Positions 1-15,129 are shown, counted from the first letter of the whole stretch. The stretch: 62,993 nucleotides of DNA, filler included, from Reticulomyxa filosa (GCA_000512085.1; 9 parts of 9 records of this genome joined end to end with filler, not necessarily neighbours in it), one strand, 5' to 3'. Numbers and translations are program-made. Notes: generated by a model not told the origin, from the letters alone.

Positions 1-1624
1 ATCCTTTGTCAGTTCACTTCGTTCATTCGAGACGCGATTTTCATACTCATCTTGATCTTCTATGCGTTTTGGATTGATGATACTATCGCATTTTTACCTC
101 GAGTGTCCATGATCACACTAAAACCCAATGCAAACTCTATTTCATACATTTTCTGATTCAATACCACACAACAAATAATATGCTTTTTTTGCCATGGCCG
201 GGGGAAAAAAAAATTTTCGCGTACATCATCAATATAGTAATGCTTGTATGCTTCTGTCAATCCTTTTCGTTTTGATAATCTCTTGTCATCTGCCTTTCGA
301 ACCAGTGACAAAACTTTTTCTCTATATTCTAATTGTTCTTTCTTATTGCCATTACTGACAGAATTGTTTGGTATTTTAATATTCATCTTACACTATCAAG
401 TGATAATAAATAATAGATTTTATAAAAACTTTAATTAAAAGCCCTTTTAGCAAACGAAAAGTTCGTAACGTATCTTATTTTTTGCAATATTCCAAATTTC
501 TACAAGTAAAATTTGTTTCCAAAATTAGAATTAAAGTATCAGTAAAACATAGTGAAAACAATCAATTAATATCAAAATTTTATCCCAAAATGACTAGAAT
601 CCAAACATAACATTTTAACTCTTTCACATTATTACTTCTGCTTGAAATAATAGAGATTTATTAATGCCAAGAGAACTACCTTATCTCGGACACACTTACA
701 AAAATATATCAACTATATAGTACTTGCGTTTTAAAATCCAATAAAGTTTAAAACAAACTGAAAGTGGCCTTTAATTTGTATTGTTTCTTATTTGAAATAA
801 TTTTCTTTGCTATTATTGAAGAAAAGTTGTTGTTCTCATGCATTTATTTATCAAAAAAATTTTACGGGGCTGAACTTTCTTTTGTTGATAATCATTTGAA
901 AATAATAGTAATGATGCATTATCCGTTACAATGACAAATGCAATGACGGTGCTACTACTATTAACAAGATTTTATTGTCTCTGCATAGTTGAAGCAAAGC
1001 TGTCAGCTACAGTCTCCAGTTTGACATTTATTTCTTTCTATTTGTTTTTAGAGATGAAATGATAAAAACAAAAAAATATGTTTGATATATTGTTTATTAT
1101 TATTTATTTCTATAAAAAGTGTTTTCGTATAACGCTGTACATGAGCGAATGGCAAGACAAAACGACGTCATTAATAGTATTGTGATCACATATTTGAAGA
1201 AATTTCGCAAACAAATATCTAAAACATTATTTATATATTTAGATAAAATAGTAAGAAATTTTCATTGTAGTGCTACTAAAGGTAAATATGAATTAGAAAC
1301 ATTACTTGCACTAACTATTCAGGTACATTATTTACAAAAAATTAAAAGATAAATCTCATGATTAAATTTAAAAAAGAATAATAATATAAATATGATAGAA
1401 CCTAATGGTTTAACTTTAGAAGATGTATAGAATATAAATTTATTAAAATTCGCTAAACCTATTGCAGATACAATTAGAAAATATACAAATAGTATGTGCA
1501 TTTAATTCACCAAGATTTTTAAATCATTGTCCATTAATATTAGTAGATTTTCGGTATAAAACCATTATTAAAAATTTATGTATCATTTATTCGTGCAGTA
1601 TTAAAATTAACACAGTCATTAAAA

Positions 1625-2616
1625 GATTACTACAACTGTTCGCTTGACAACAGCTGCATTTTTTGACAAAGCATTTGCCATTGTCACAAGTTTGTAACAA
1701 TTGCAGGCCCAAGTGACTATACCCAAATAATTTTGATTCAACTCTTTGCAAAGCTTCGAAGAATCACCACTTGCTGGTTGAAAGATATTGCATTTCGTCT
1801 ACCCAAAATAAAACAAAAAAATAACAATAACAATATTATTATTATTATAGATCAGTGCATTCACTTTTTCTAATTTCCATTAACATGACAACAAGGGCAA
1901 ATGAACAACTCATATCTTCTACGACTCCCAAAATGGGGATTTTGACTTTTTTGCAAAACAAGATTTCTTTTCGGAATCCAACAGACCAACCGCTTGGAGA
2001 TATGGGTGCGCGGAACTTTGGATATGAATTGAACGATGCTGATGTGTTCACCACTAGTGCCAAAAGGGGCGTCAATGATTAGATAGTCCAACTTGTCCCA
2101 TTTCATATGTATCAAAAGCTGTCAAATGAGTCCTGTTTTGCGAGGTCCACGCCATATTACTGCGTCGTCGCCATTGTGCAACATGAATGCTATCAACATC
2201 ACACTCAGATTGTCTTTTGCATAGACTTGACTCCGACCACTGCTCAATTGTCAGACCTCTTGCTTTTCCACGCCCATCATTCAAGCCACACTTGGACCGC
2301 AGATCTCAATGTCCAAAATACCTACTTGAGAGCTCCAATAGCTCAACGTCCATGCCAATTGTGAGGACAATGTGAACTTGCATACACCACCTTTTCCGGA
2401 TAGTATCAATAGTATATATTTCACTACTTCAAAACGCATTACTATATCTTCCGCTTCTTGATTAGTTTTTTCTTTCTCATCTTTCAATTTTCCTGACACA
2501 CATGCGCTTTGATTGGGGTAACATGCACAACTCGACGCTTTTTCTGCTGATTCCGAAGCTGGGCCAACACAAACCTCATTTCGATTTCGATCGCAAGGAT
2601 AGTTTTCTTTTGTCAT
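1625..2616 (-). pseudogene. NUBP1: Cytosolic Fe-S cluster assembly factor NBP35/NUBP1, disrupted copy
   Basis: N-terminal Cys region CVGPASESAEKASSCACYPNQSAC, degenerate deviant Walker A ILSGKGGVCKFT (canonical GKGGVGKST), LDIEICGPS, WDKLDYLIIDAPFGTSGEH and RKEILFCKKVKIPILGVVEDMS are spread over several frames with stops. A post-intron exon at about 1800-1630 reads CNIFQPASGDSSKLCKELNQNYLG. Confidence 0.88.
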
Positions 2617-3989
2617 TATTCTAAAAAGTGTCCGATCAATTCAAAACGAATAGTTTTTTTTTAATACTTCAACTTCCAGGGTTCACACTTGACAAATACT
2701 GAAAGATAAGCTGTGACAAATTTTTTAATTTTTGAAAAAATTCATTTTATTTAAGCACATTTTTACTGCTTTGAAAAAGTAAAAAATGTAAAAAAAAACA
2801 TGAAACACAAAATACATTTCTTCTGGTTATTTTCAATATGTAATATCAAATATAATTTTATATTTCATTATAAATAATAATCTACATTAACACATGATAT
2901 ATAACATTTACGAAAATTAATAAAAGATTGCAGAGAATTGGAATATCAAATGAGATTTGCATTAGCATCATTATTAAGAGAAGCACATTTGTATTATTAG
3001 CTACACAAATTCGTATATAATAATTTTTAAAAAATTAGGTAAAGATTATAAGCATATTATTATCTACATTAGAAATATTAGCTAGTTTGTCAAGACAACA
3101 TTAATTAAAGAAAAATATATAATAGAACAGAAAAAGATGTATTAAGAAAATTAGGTATGATAAAACAGAATCTGTTAAAGCATTAGGTGCACAATTAGGA
3201 AGATTTGCATTGCGCTGAAAAATTGTACAATATTATTTTGCAATCAACAATCTCTTGTAATTATTAAATAAAGTAATTTAAACACAGTCTGTCATTTTAT
3301 TTTTTACTTTATTTACTTGGACACAAAATAAAAGATTTGTTTAAATTAAATTGTTGTAAACTCAGAATGATGCATAAATAACAAAAAACATTTTGAAATT
3401 CCAGATATTGATATCATTTGAGAATATAAAAGAGTTAATATGTCTTATGTCTTATTTTAGCACTTCAAGAAGAAATTCATTATATTTAACACAAAAATGT
3501 AACATTTACTTTTTTTTCATTGCGCAAATACAAAAAGTTCAAGGATCTCAAAAAAGTTTTTTTAAGATAAAAACATCATCTTAAATAACACATTTCAGAG
3601 AATTAGAAATGATATTGTTATGTTTTGGTGTATTTCTTAAACATACATTTTCGAGTAACGGCAATAACAATGAAACAAAGAAGGCAAAGGAATCAAAGGG
3701 CCAAAGAAAGCAAAAAATAAAAAAAATAAAGATTTTAACATAATTGGAAATAGATATCTTAAAGATACGTTGGTGATGGAATATATAGATGTTTAGAGTA
3801 ATGACAACAATGAAAATGATGACAGTGAGTAAACCAAGATCAAATAATCAAAAATTTCAAAACAAAATCATTGAACTCGCAATCGCACTACTATCGTTTT
3901 CCAACTTTTTTATAATACTATCTTTTTTTCTTTCAATTTCATCAAATGATATGAAGGGGGTAGGTAAAAAAAAACAAGACATATTTTAT

Positions 3990-6900
3990 ATGTATAACGA
4001 TAATTATTTGTTCGTGAATTTGAATGAACTTGCCAATAGTGTCCAGGTATGTATTGAAAGGTTTGACCTGCTCGTGTGTCCTCGCAGTTTCCCAAGCGAT
4101 TCAAGTGAATACAGAGATCGTCCCTGCCTTGAAAAATCCAAATATTATTATCCTTATTTGTAAGATCATTAAAAAATGTTACCACAGGTGATTGATTAAT
4201 GCAACAATATATATATATATATATATATCTGTTATCCAAGTTCCTTCTATACCTTGTTTCTTTTTTTGATAAAAGACAGACTCCAAAGTTGTTTCTATTA
4301 GACAACCTAAAAAACGTGCAAACGAACAGAACAAAGGACGCTAAAACAATTGGACCATGTCCAGCATCAACTCGGAAGACTGTTGCAAGATTTCCACACA
4401 ATTGTATCATCGCTTCGATATTGGAAGACGTCAAAATCACAGACTCCGACGTTGTGTCGATGAAGACTGAAGAGGACAATGATCAATACTAATGCCAACG
4501 ACGATGATGATATTGGAGATATGCAACATAGAAAGTGTAGTCAAATGCAGAGCCAAGGATATCCGTGTGGCCGTAATGAAAAGGACAAACTTGAGATCGC
4601 AAAGACTATGACAATCCAATTGGTTTTGTTTTCTATGGCCCCAACGCCGACACCCCTTGGTGATGAAATATACACTCTCGTGTGTCACTGCATTCAAAAC
4701 GGATGTATCAATGAGGTAGCCAAGGAATTCCATGAATTTGGATTCCACTGGTGAAGAAGAAACGAAGAAATATATATTACATGGGAGTAACAGCAAATAC
4801 ATTCTTAAGAGCACTGTTGCTATTCACCATACTGCTTTTCAACTGCAAGTTCACCGAGTACGTGCGAAGATATTTCTTCGCAAGTCAGCGCCGCCATTTT
4901 GATCAAAGGGAATATTTTGTCGAGTCGTTTCCAAATGAAAACGAAAATCATAAGCAGCTTATGTCCACCAATTTTCGTCACATCATTTTTTTTATAAATG
5001 CATGTTAAATCAATTTTTATTTACACATTCATGTTATTACATATATGTATATATACATTTATATACATATATATAATATATAATAATATTCACAAAAATG
5101 CGTATATACACAAACAAAATTAATAATGTTAACGATTTGAAGATCACCCGCTTCATTAAGCGTGACAATGAAAAACAACGGACACGATAATCAAGGTGAC
5201 CAATTTGACGTCCAAGAACAAGATATCGTTTTGGTCTTTTGTGGTCTGATGAAACTGAAGTATTGCACGCGGGGTGTACAATCGACTGCTATGCATAGTT
5301 TGTTTGGCAGTCTCTACTTCATTTTCCATATCGTCATCATAATTGTCATTATCATTATTATTATTATCATTGCCTGCTGTTGTCATATTTTCTTTCGACT
5401 TTTTTCATCGTCTTCAATGATCAATGCGATTGACTAGAGACCAATGTCGGAGTGTGTTCTCGAACCGTCGCGCTAACAAATTTGAACAGTTTGCCGACCA
5501 AAAGCCAAGCCTTTTTTTCTCCCATTCATTTGATCATCCCAAACTCAAGTTATAATAAGATCCAATTGTAACAACAATATACATATATTTATATATATGT
5601 ATATGTAGTATTGTGTATACAATGTCTTTTTTAAAAAAACAAACCGTAGTGAAAAGAACATCGACGAGCCAAAGACAGCAGCAAATATGCGAAAGCGAAC
5701 GAACTGGGCTTCGCTTGATGACGAAGGACTGTTGCGCAGTAGTACGTATTCCAAAGGGTCTCTTTCACTTCGGTTGTAAGACTCACTCTGTATATCATTA
5801 GTACTATCAACGTCACACTTACTGATGCTGTTATACGAATACATTGTATCAAAGAATGTTTCATAAATCCTTTTTTAAAAAAAGTTCATGACGATCATAC
5901 TTTGTTCCCTTCACTATCTTTTTTTTTTAAAGAAAAAGTATTTGTTCAAACATGAGAATAAAGTATACGTATAATAATTGAAACAGTTACAGTGATAAAG
6001 ATTCGGACTTGTGATAGAATTTCTGCGAGACATCGTCTGGGATTTTTCATCGGCTTTTTTTCAATGACTTGTTCGATCAACACATCCCACTTGCTGTTGG
6101 TGTCCGTGTCTGTGGAAGTCGACAGCACATGAGCACTGCCATCTTGACATCCTTCCAGTCTCCAATTGCGCAATGCATCGCAGCTACTGTATGAATAATA
6201 TCGCAATTTGCAATAAGAAACTCACACTTGCAGAACGAGTAGACGCCATATATGTACACGAAAGTCGATTGCGATTTGTCCAAAATCAAATGGTGTTACG
6301 ACACGTCCGGAGGCACATTGGTCTTCAACTTGTCAAACACTCGCGTCACTTCTTGCATGCGATTCAAGTGCGAGTAGTAATATGTGTGGATGTACTCGCG
6401 ATACAACACGTTGCTCACTGTGGTGCGGTCCTTCCCTTCCAGATTGATTTGCTTCAGACACTTCCAGTTCGCGTGCGCCTCTCATTCAACGACAGCAGCA
6501 CCTGCTCACTGCGTCCAACAGCGAATTGGGCATGGCATTTAGCAACACGTCAATGTGTTGTTGCGATGACTCGTACGATCCTATTTCTCTTTTTTTTTAA
6601 AAAAATACACTTGCATGTTACAAGTAAAAAATATAAAGTAAGTCAAAATACATGTTTACACTACTTGTTGTGCATACATTAACATATATATTATATCCTA
6701 CCTGTACATTCGAGCCAATGTGCATAGGAAAAACTGTCGATGTCTTTGTTTTGTGATGCTCTTGCCAACAAAGAATAGTATTGTGTGACCAAATCCCACT
6801 GACAAGCCATATAATAAAAAGCTATCAAATCCAACACCAATTACACATCCGTTGGGGCGACTCGCAACGCCTTTTGGTAATATCTATCTGCGTCGTTAAA

Positions 6901-7500
6901 TTTCAATTGTTGCAGCAATATCAATGCGTTCACTCGTAAAATCTAAAGTATTTTTAAATATATAAACATACACATATAACATATATATTTTTTTGATGTC
7001 ACTTCATTGATTTGTCGCTATTAACTGTCAGATTTTTATGGTCAATTCATATTCCTTTTTCGACCTACTTTTGTGCTGCCTTCCAACCCTTGACCACAAT
7101 GCGCAATTGCAAGATTCCCAATTAGCTCTGCCTTCGTTTTGTTGTCATGTCGAAGGCTTCATACCCATATGTGTGTATGTTGCGTTTATTTCACCAAACG
7201 TCAAAACAACTTTTTCCAAACTGGCTTTTTTTTCATCATCATCCCCTCTTTTTTTTTTGAAATAATTATTTACATAGTAAGTCACCATATTGAACTGCCT
7301 TTGGCGCGTGCTCAAGAACAAAATCCACTCTTCCAAACATTCGTACACTGCTGACATTAGCTGATAATATTTGTAATATGTTGGATATTTCGACATTCCT
7401 TTTTGTATTTCTCGAATTGCTACTTTGAATTTGCCGTTATGTAACAGCTCTTCCATTTTTGCCAGTTTTTCTATTATTTTATTTATTTTATTTTGGTTTG
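3990..7500 (-). pseudogene. NAA25: Probable NatB auxiliary subunit NAA25/MDM20 (TPR) homolog, frameshifted with in-frame stops
   Basis: Collinear fragments: EELLHNGKFKVAIREIQK (cf. DYLDNGNNKMAIQQADK), ADRYYQKALRVAPTDV*LVLDLIAFYY, KPMKNPRRCLAEIL, YSVNLQLKSSMVNS, ESKFMEFLGY (cf. FEKIPEFIAF). Intron-like (TA)n tracts are retained. Confidence 0.5.
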
Positions 7501-7789
7501 TTTCCTCGTTTTACAGACAGCGAAAGTTTAGCAGTTGTTTTTCTCTTAGTGTTGTTCCGATACATTTGTCTGGAAAAGATATCATCAAAATCAAAACAAA
7601 TTTCGCTATACATTGATAGCGTAAAAAAAACTCAATATCAAAATTTTATTGGTTTACAGTCAACAACTTTTTTTAAACTGCAAACAATAAATGCAACCAA
7701 GTGACTTTGCTGCCTCTTATCAAAAAAAATCCATCTAACCATGTTTGACATGAGTTGTTTCTACACTTCGATTGATGATTAATTTTGGT

Positions 7790-9960
7790 GAGGAATTGTT
7801 CGGGATTGGAATTTCAACATTGTCCGCCTTGTCATCAATCGGTCGTGCCCTTCTTCACTATCTATCACACACAATCTATGGTCCCCAACTATTTGAATGG
7901 TTTTGGTAAAGCAGGTTTATTTCCATGGATTCATCTGTCATCCAATCGTTTGGTCTCCACAAGTTCTTACAGTTATCGTTTCTTTGTCTTTTGTCTTATC
8001 ACTTTGTGTCGCTTCCGTGATGCTTGCTTGATAAGTAACTCTTTCCAACATTTCAACATCTGGCCCATTGTCACCACTTCCTCCTTCTTTACTTTGTTTT
8101 TTGTCTTTTTTTTTTCAAATCTCTATCTTTTTGTTTGGCGGTAATTGAAAGGACATCTTTTTCCAACGTCTTTTTCTCTTGTGTTTCTGCTTCTTTCAAA
8201 GGCTTCGGATACGCATACAGCAATGGGGCATTGGGTATCGCCAAGTCGCTATTCAATGCCATTACCATTGTCAGCTCAAAGCTTGAGCTGAGGAATGATA
8301 CCAATGGATACCAATACTAATATTGCCAAAACATTGCCATACCTGCATGCAAAACAAACAAACAAATCAAATCAAATTATTATTTTGATCAATGATGTGT
8401 ATATAAAGATCAAACCTAAAATGACAGTATTTTTTTCTGAGTTCCTTTTGCGCACAAAGAGATGATGGCATTTCGATCACAGGCGTCCATAATGCCCAGA
8501 CTGTAAATGGCCCCGGCCTGGGTCATGACAGACTAGCGCTTGCTTTTGATTGCCTTCATCACCTCGTTGCGAATGGCTTTAATTTGGGGGGTTTCCTTTT
8601 CGTTTTGTTGCTGTAACAGCATTCCCAAGCTGATCATTGCCACTTGCTTCATATAGTCTACGGGCCTTCCGAATTATCGCTATGCCCTGAGGATTGCCAG
8701 TTCCTTTTTTTTTACAATTTAACAAATATTATACATTATGATACATAAATGTACATATATATGTATATATACACATGTACTTGTATATGTATTAATAAAT
8801 ACCTGCACAATCAATATCAATAGCAGCTGCACCATATCGAACATGGCTATTATACGAGTTGCTAAGCAATTGGACGACTTTGGGTACTTGTTCGGGTTTG
8901 TTTACCAAGACGAAACCGATGATAGTGACGGCTGCTCGTCAGACGCCGTTGCTGACATCGCTCACGGCCAAGTGGAGCAGTTTGGAAATGGCCTGGCTAT
9001 TTGCAGTGAAGACATAGGCCAAGCCAATGGTATAGCACCCGCCGTGGCGAATGGTTGCACAATCGTCTGAAGGAAGAGGAGGAAAAAAAGACGTATAAAC
9101 CTTTGATCAAAGTTTGAATAACAGGATCAACATTTTCTTCAAAGTTGTAATGCATCAAAGCAATTCCAACAACCAAGTCACGAATAATTTTTTTGTGTTG
9201 CGTCTCATGGGCATAAGCGAGTATTTCTTGGCACATGCTTGTAACAAGACCAAAGCCATGCCAGCGGCTTCTTCGGGGACATTTTGATCGTTATAAAGGA
9301 TATCTTTAACAGCGGTCATGAATCGTTCCTCTTGCGAGCTCAAGGCAGCCAACGTCAATCCCAAACAACTGCCTGCTGTCGTATTTGCATTTGCACTTAC
9401 ATCGCTTGAAATCGGCTTTTTGAGAACAGTGGTAATCACGCCTTCTGGATGCTGTGAACGTGGAGATTTGGGAATGTCACCCTTTGGAAGCGTTCGTTTT
9501 GATATTCCGCCAAGTCAAAGGTCACTTGAGGCGCCAAACATTCTTGTTCTTTCTTTTGGTACAGTGCCCATAACATTCGGGATATCTCTTGTGGTTGTCC
9601 TGTTTTATCGACGCAAATTCACATACAACATATACATGATATATGCATGAATATATCGTGTTATTATATTGAAAGAACAGCGAACAAGACATAGAGGAAA
9701 CAAACGAAGTAACGCAATGTTAAACCCTTGGTAGTAGATTCGCCAGACTGTATGTCTCCAAGTCTGTCCAGTTGTGGTTCTAATTGTGCCAGCACGTCTT
9801 TTACTTTCTTTTCTGTCAAATGATGAAATTTTGATTTTGATGGTTTGTTGTTTTCCTTACTGGTGTCCATGTCTTCACTCATATCTTGCGTCCGATTGTA
9901 TCCATGATTCATCTTTATTTCAAATCAAAACAAGGAAGCGTGTCAATATATTATCATAAG
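7790..9960 (-). pseudogene. PSMD1: 26S proteasome regulatory subunit RPN2/PSMD1, truncated and disrupted copy
   Basis: GSCLGLTLAALSSQEERFMTAVKDILYNDQNVPEEAAGMAL, EILAYAHETQHKKIIRDLVVGIALMHY and MALNSDLAIP..LYAYPKPL..VLSITAK match RPN2 PC repeats and C-terminus. They lie in different frames with stops and apparent internal deletions. Confidence 0.9.
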
Positions 9961-11657
9961 CATAAATTGGATGACACAAAGGTGAAAAGGGGAAAGCAAA
10001 TTGAAGATGAACAACGTAATACAATTTAATTATTTATCATAATTTCAAGATGGTAAAAATTATAAGTGAAAAAAGCTTGCATACTTAAAGAAATAGTTGT
10101 ACAAAGAAAAACAATTAAAAAAATAACGACATTCAGTTATTACCTAGAATGTAAAAACGAAAAACTTGGCCAATAGAGAAATGCGCTATGAATGAAGTGA
10201 CATTTATTGAAAAATCTATTTAAGAGAAATAAAGAAGACAATTTTTATTATTCATGCGTATCAGGATATTATCCAAAATAGTTTTGCTTTTGACTAACTC
10301 CAGAATAAAAAATTTTGACGTAAATTGGAGTAATAAAAGCAAAGCACAGATCGTATACCGATTGATACTTTATAATTAAATTTCTTAAAACTAATTAAAG
10401 ATTTAACATCTTGCTGACAAAAGTGTTATTTACAATAAGCTAAAAAAATTATGACTTCAAACTTAAACTCACGAAAATATAAGAAAATGTTTTCATTTGT
10501 GACTGGCCCAATGATATGAATAGAATTATTATCAGTAATTATGGTTTTATGTTTAGGCAAATCCGCAACCACATGCGATTTGTTATTCGAATTGTGTGAC
10601 CAAGAATTATGCAAGTGTGTTTTTGTTCGCTTTCTATAGATCAATCTAATCAAGAAAAAGAAAGGGCTTGTGATGTCACTATCATCTGGCGAACAGGTCT
10701 TTTTTTTCAAAAATATTCTTTCCCAAGAAGAACAAATTCATTATATTTTTTTTAGTTATCAATTAATCCATACAAAAACATACAATGTTCGTTTGTTGTT
10801 TCAAAAGTGACGCACAAAGATAGCAAGATATTGAAACATACCCAAGTACTATGGGCCCCACAAAACATCTAAAAACAAATAAGAAACAAGATATAGAATA
10901 GAAGGTCAATACAAAGCAAGAGAACAGAAAAGATAGTGTCAAAATGAAAACAAACTATTGCTTTTTCTCCATCGGTCAAACACGCATAACCAGATTGACC
11001 CAATAAAATATTTTCTGGTTTTAAGTCTATGTAGACAATATCAAAGGTTTATAAATGTCACAAATTCATAACAATCTCGGTGACTAAGAGCTTGTCTTGT
11101 TCCAAAGAAAAGCGTTTCATAGTCTTCAAATGGAAGAAGATGTCCACACATCTGTAGTAGTCCAAAACAAAGTACAACTTCGAATCTGTTTAAAAGGTCA
11201 TGATTTGAGCACATTGCAACATTATCATTCTCCATGATGATAGTTTTTTTTTCAAATTAAGAAAAAAGGACCAAAAATAAAAGTCAGTGATAAAATACTT
11301 ATAAAATAAAAGATATTTTGTATTTTTTTTCATTTTTCAAAGAAAAAGAAAAAAATAATCTTTACAAATGCAAAAATTTATTTAATGCATTCAAATAAAG
11401 CATTCTGTGTAAATTGCTGATTTGTTATAAAGTTTTGATCTTTATCTATTTAATGTATCAGTCATTACAAATTGAAATAACTTTTCAAAAGTGTTTTTTG
11501 AAATTCTTTTATATTTCTGTGTTGACTCAACTACCTGAATAAAATAGAATGTATAACAATTTTGAAAAAGATAAATTCAAATTTCATTTATTTTTATATC
11601 TACGTCTTTCTACAAAGAGAGTAAATTATTAGCTCATATTTCAAAAAAATAAAAAGT

Positions 11658-11735
11658 AAAGCACCAAATTGAAGAATAATTGACGTCAAAGAAATACTTT
11701 ACAATATGTTAAATATCTTTTTTTTTTCTAATAAA
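11658..11735. repeat. Dispersed ~75-bp repeat, copy 1
   Basis: aaagcaccaaattgaagaataattgacgtcaaagaaatactttacaatatgttaaatatctttttt is near-identical to 22798-22878, in direct orientation. Confidence 0.9.
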
Positions 11736-12949
11736 AAATTTTCTGCAGATAATAAATTATTTTGAATGTTTTCTTGTTGTTAATGGGAGTTCCAACATCA
11801 TTATTATAACATGTATATGATTTTTGTGTTGAAGTTCTTAAGTCAATACCTATTTGTTATATCATGGTGCTTAATATTAGTTGATGGATCTACGGCAAAA
11901 GGTTTTTTTTGTTTTAGACAGAATTTCCCCGCATTTGCTCAGAGTCTGAGCCGTTGGAATCGAGCAGAAGCTCAATAGTCATTCTGTCATGTATCACAGC
12001 ACCAATGAGTATCTATTGAACGCATCTGACTTGACGAAGTTGCTGAAAGCATCTGAACAAGTATTGGGACCGTCGTATTTGCGTTTGTTTCTCTGCCTTA
12101 GTACGTGCAAAACGGTACATGCATGTACATATATATATAAATAATAGTAATATCTTTAAATCTTTTTTAAACACAAAAGGATTAGTCGCACGAGTCAGTA
12201 AAGACTAATTATTTATCAGTCCCCATTAAACTAGTCCAGCTTGTCTCGCTACAACAACAAAGTATAGTCTATCACTCCCACCCGAACTGATAAAGCTTGC
12301 GCTGCGTGCATTGGTCATATTCAGCCTGCCCGACGTCAACGTGAACGTGCTGCATTTCATTCACCAAACTGTGACCGTGTTCCTCGAGGTGCCTTGATGT
12401 GCTCCAAGTTTTTACTTCGTAGATTGAGCAGATGGAAACATAGAAGCATATCTCAACGCGCAAATAAAAAAGCTGGTGTCAATGACGATAAGCACGCCTG
12501 AGTACAAGTGGCTATGTCTTTGAATGAGGAAGATGAACGCAATGAAAGGTAAGGACAAGAACAAGGACAATGACGCATACGTCGACAAAAGAATAGTAAA
12601 GACAAATGAGCAAAAAAAAAGCAAGTGCAAATATCAACACAAATGCCAATGTTATGTCAATTGAGAGGAAAACAGTAACAAAAATAAAGATGAAATGTGG
12701 TGCGAGTTTTTCCATTTTCCCTTCAGTCATTGGTCTCTACAAATTCAGTGATCGTAACATCTTCGTTTTCTTCATCGTTGATATTTTACTGTCTTTTGCA
12801 AAAAATAATAAAATACTCATCTCAATATTGCTTTATACCCGCTGCCTCTGATGGATCTCCCAACACTAAGATATTCTAATCAACAACTTTGCATAGCAAC
12901 TGCTGTCCGTTGCAATGAACGACCATAATCAATAATAAACTATCGAGAT

Positions 12950-14730
12950 TTTTTCGTATTTTTTGACAAATGCTTTCGACAGAAAGTCATTGTTAATTTC
13001 GGTCATCGTATTAAAAATTTCCAAATTAAAGTCTTCAATTGGTTTATTTAAGGGTCGTTTTTGGGTGCGGTTCATCCATCATGGAATCCGTCAAGTCTTC
13101 AATGGATTCAATGTATAAAAGATTGTATAACAAATTTGGATGTTTATTGACATTGACATGTCTCTGTAAATTTCACAACACAACTCTTTTTCAAGAATCA
13201 AAAATATGTTGACATTTTTTGTTGATCCATTTAGTCTTTTGAATAGTATATCGGAAGACGTATTCCCAAAGCTTTGGTACTGGACAAGACCAGTTGGACA
13301 TTATCTTTGACTTGATGAACTTCCAATGAAAGGCGCTCTTCGCAAGTGAATGACAATGGAGTCCAAAAAGTCAGGTGTGTCGTGTCGAGCAAATAATACA
13401 ACATTGCGCAATTATAAACTGTCTCCAAAATGTGTTAGTTATCCAGCTTGCACTTTTCGTTCAATTTCATCTGGATATACAAATGTCGCATTATATCTTC
13501 TTCTGGCTTGCACAACATGGGATCAATTTAAGTCACACTTTCCATCGTTTGTTGTCTTTTTCAATTGCATTGAGCAATTGTTATCTACTGCTTTCAATAT
13601 CTCACTAACAGCCATTCTACTCAAATTAAAAAAAAAAAGGTTGTTGATTACGTATACTATACACATAAAAAAAAAAAATAACACATGCCCACACGATGTA
13701 AACACAAAACACACACGACATACACATACAACTATCCGTGCAACTTGTGTTAAGACATTGGCCATTCGCTCATGCCTTTGTTGAACATTCGCCACAAGCA
13801 CTTGTTGTGCAGCAGTGTCGCCTGCATTTGCGCTGTTGGCAGAATTTGGTTGCCCTTTGATGCTGACAAGCGCAAATTAGTCACACGCGACTCTAGCTCA
13901 TCCACCAATATTTGAGACACTACTGGTGCGAAATCAGCACTAACTGCCGACGACACCACTCGAGTTGGTGTCTTTTATGATCAAAAATAATTATTTTTTT
14001 TTGGATATTATCAGTTGTACATATATATAGCATACAAATAATATATATATATAAATTCATATGTATGATTATATGTTCGTGAAAGTAACGTTTTGTAAAT
14101 GTTGAATAGACTATTCCCAAGCCGTATTTTCATGGGCCAACTTGATTTGCATATCATTAACGACAACTGCCTTTTCTTCAGTAGTGGCAGCGTTTGCATT
14201 GGGAGTGGGAGCAAAGGCGTTAGTTCGATTACGCTCACTTTCGACGATAATATAGCTGAGATCTCCAATGCTTGGATGGCGTCATTGCTCTGTTTGTTTT
14301 TGGAAACAATGCGGTCCAGTTCTGTCTCTGGTTTTTCATTCTTCATTACACTGACGGCGGTCTGTAAATCTTCAGTCCGATCTTTCATTTCGGTCAACAC
14401 CTCCTTTTTCACAAAGGCGACAATGTGCACCATTTTGAAGATTTCGTCTTGCCATTATTGATTTGAACTCACCACTTGTTGCAACTCTCTTTGATCGGAA
14501 AAGAAGTTTGGTGATGCCAGCTTTTGCAAACTGAACAAAAAATTATTGTTACGTGATATCACATCACCCAACAATTCGTGTCTTGTGTCAATTGCTTTTT
14601 CAGTGTCGCTTTCGTTCTCGCTTCGTTTCGTCACTTGTTTGTAAGACAGTTCGTCCAAGTTACCCGTTCGGGCGTTGAACTCATTTAGCACTGTCTCGCT
14701 GACCGATTGATAAGGACTTGTACTTTCTTC
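12950..14730 (-). pseudogene. Decayed multi-exon helical/coiled-coil protein gene, family unassigned
   Basis: Successive coding-like ORFs (14455-14691, 14011-14433, 13750-13959, 13523-13801, 13231-13428) are broken by stops and frameshifts and separated by intron-like tracts. Confidence 0.4.
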
Positions 14731-15129
14731 TGATGTCTAAATCGCACAGACAAACTTCTTTTTATGAAAAAGAAAACAATGGATACAACAAAGATATTAC
14801 CATGATTATCATTCAATATTTCGTAATTTGTTTTGAACTACGAAAAACTTACCCGGTCCCTCCCAAAAAAAACGAAAGAATGTGTAGTCTTTCAACAGAC
14901 TTAAAAATCCAAAATTTTTGAAATAGCCAAAGCAACGTAATTTTCATCGTCTTTTACAAGATTTATTCATTTGAAATTGCTACACTAATTTATTTGTATT
15001 TCTTTCCAAACAACGCCAATACAAATATAATTGAAACTAAACAAAATGAACCAACAATTTAATTTTGATTACTTTCGGTTCCAAAAAAAATATTCAATCA
15101 GAGGGTTTTTCAAAACAGATTGACTTTGA

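Noticed and set aside
1625-9960. In-frame TAA/TAG/TGA as evidence of an alternative genetic code
   Set aside because: The stops co-occur with frameshifts, deletions and damaged catalytic motifs, while intact genes in the window end normally in TAA, TAG or TGA.
12412-12730. Hydrophobic minus-strand ORFs resembling a membrane protein
   Set aside because: Probably antisense shadows of K/N/D-rich plus-strand coding-like sequence.
13231-14730. Possible ATG11/FIP200 identity for the decayed coiled-coil gene
   Set aside because: Similarity is too weak to support by eye.
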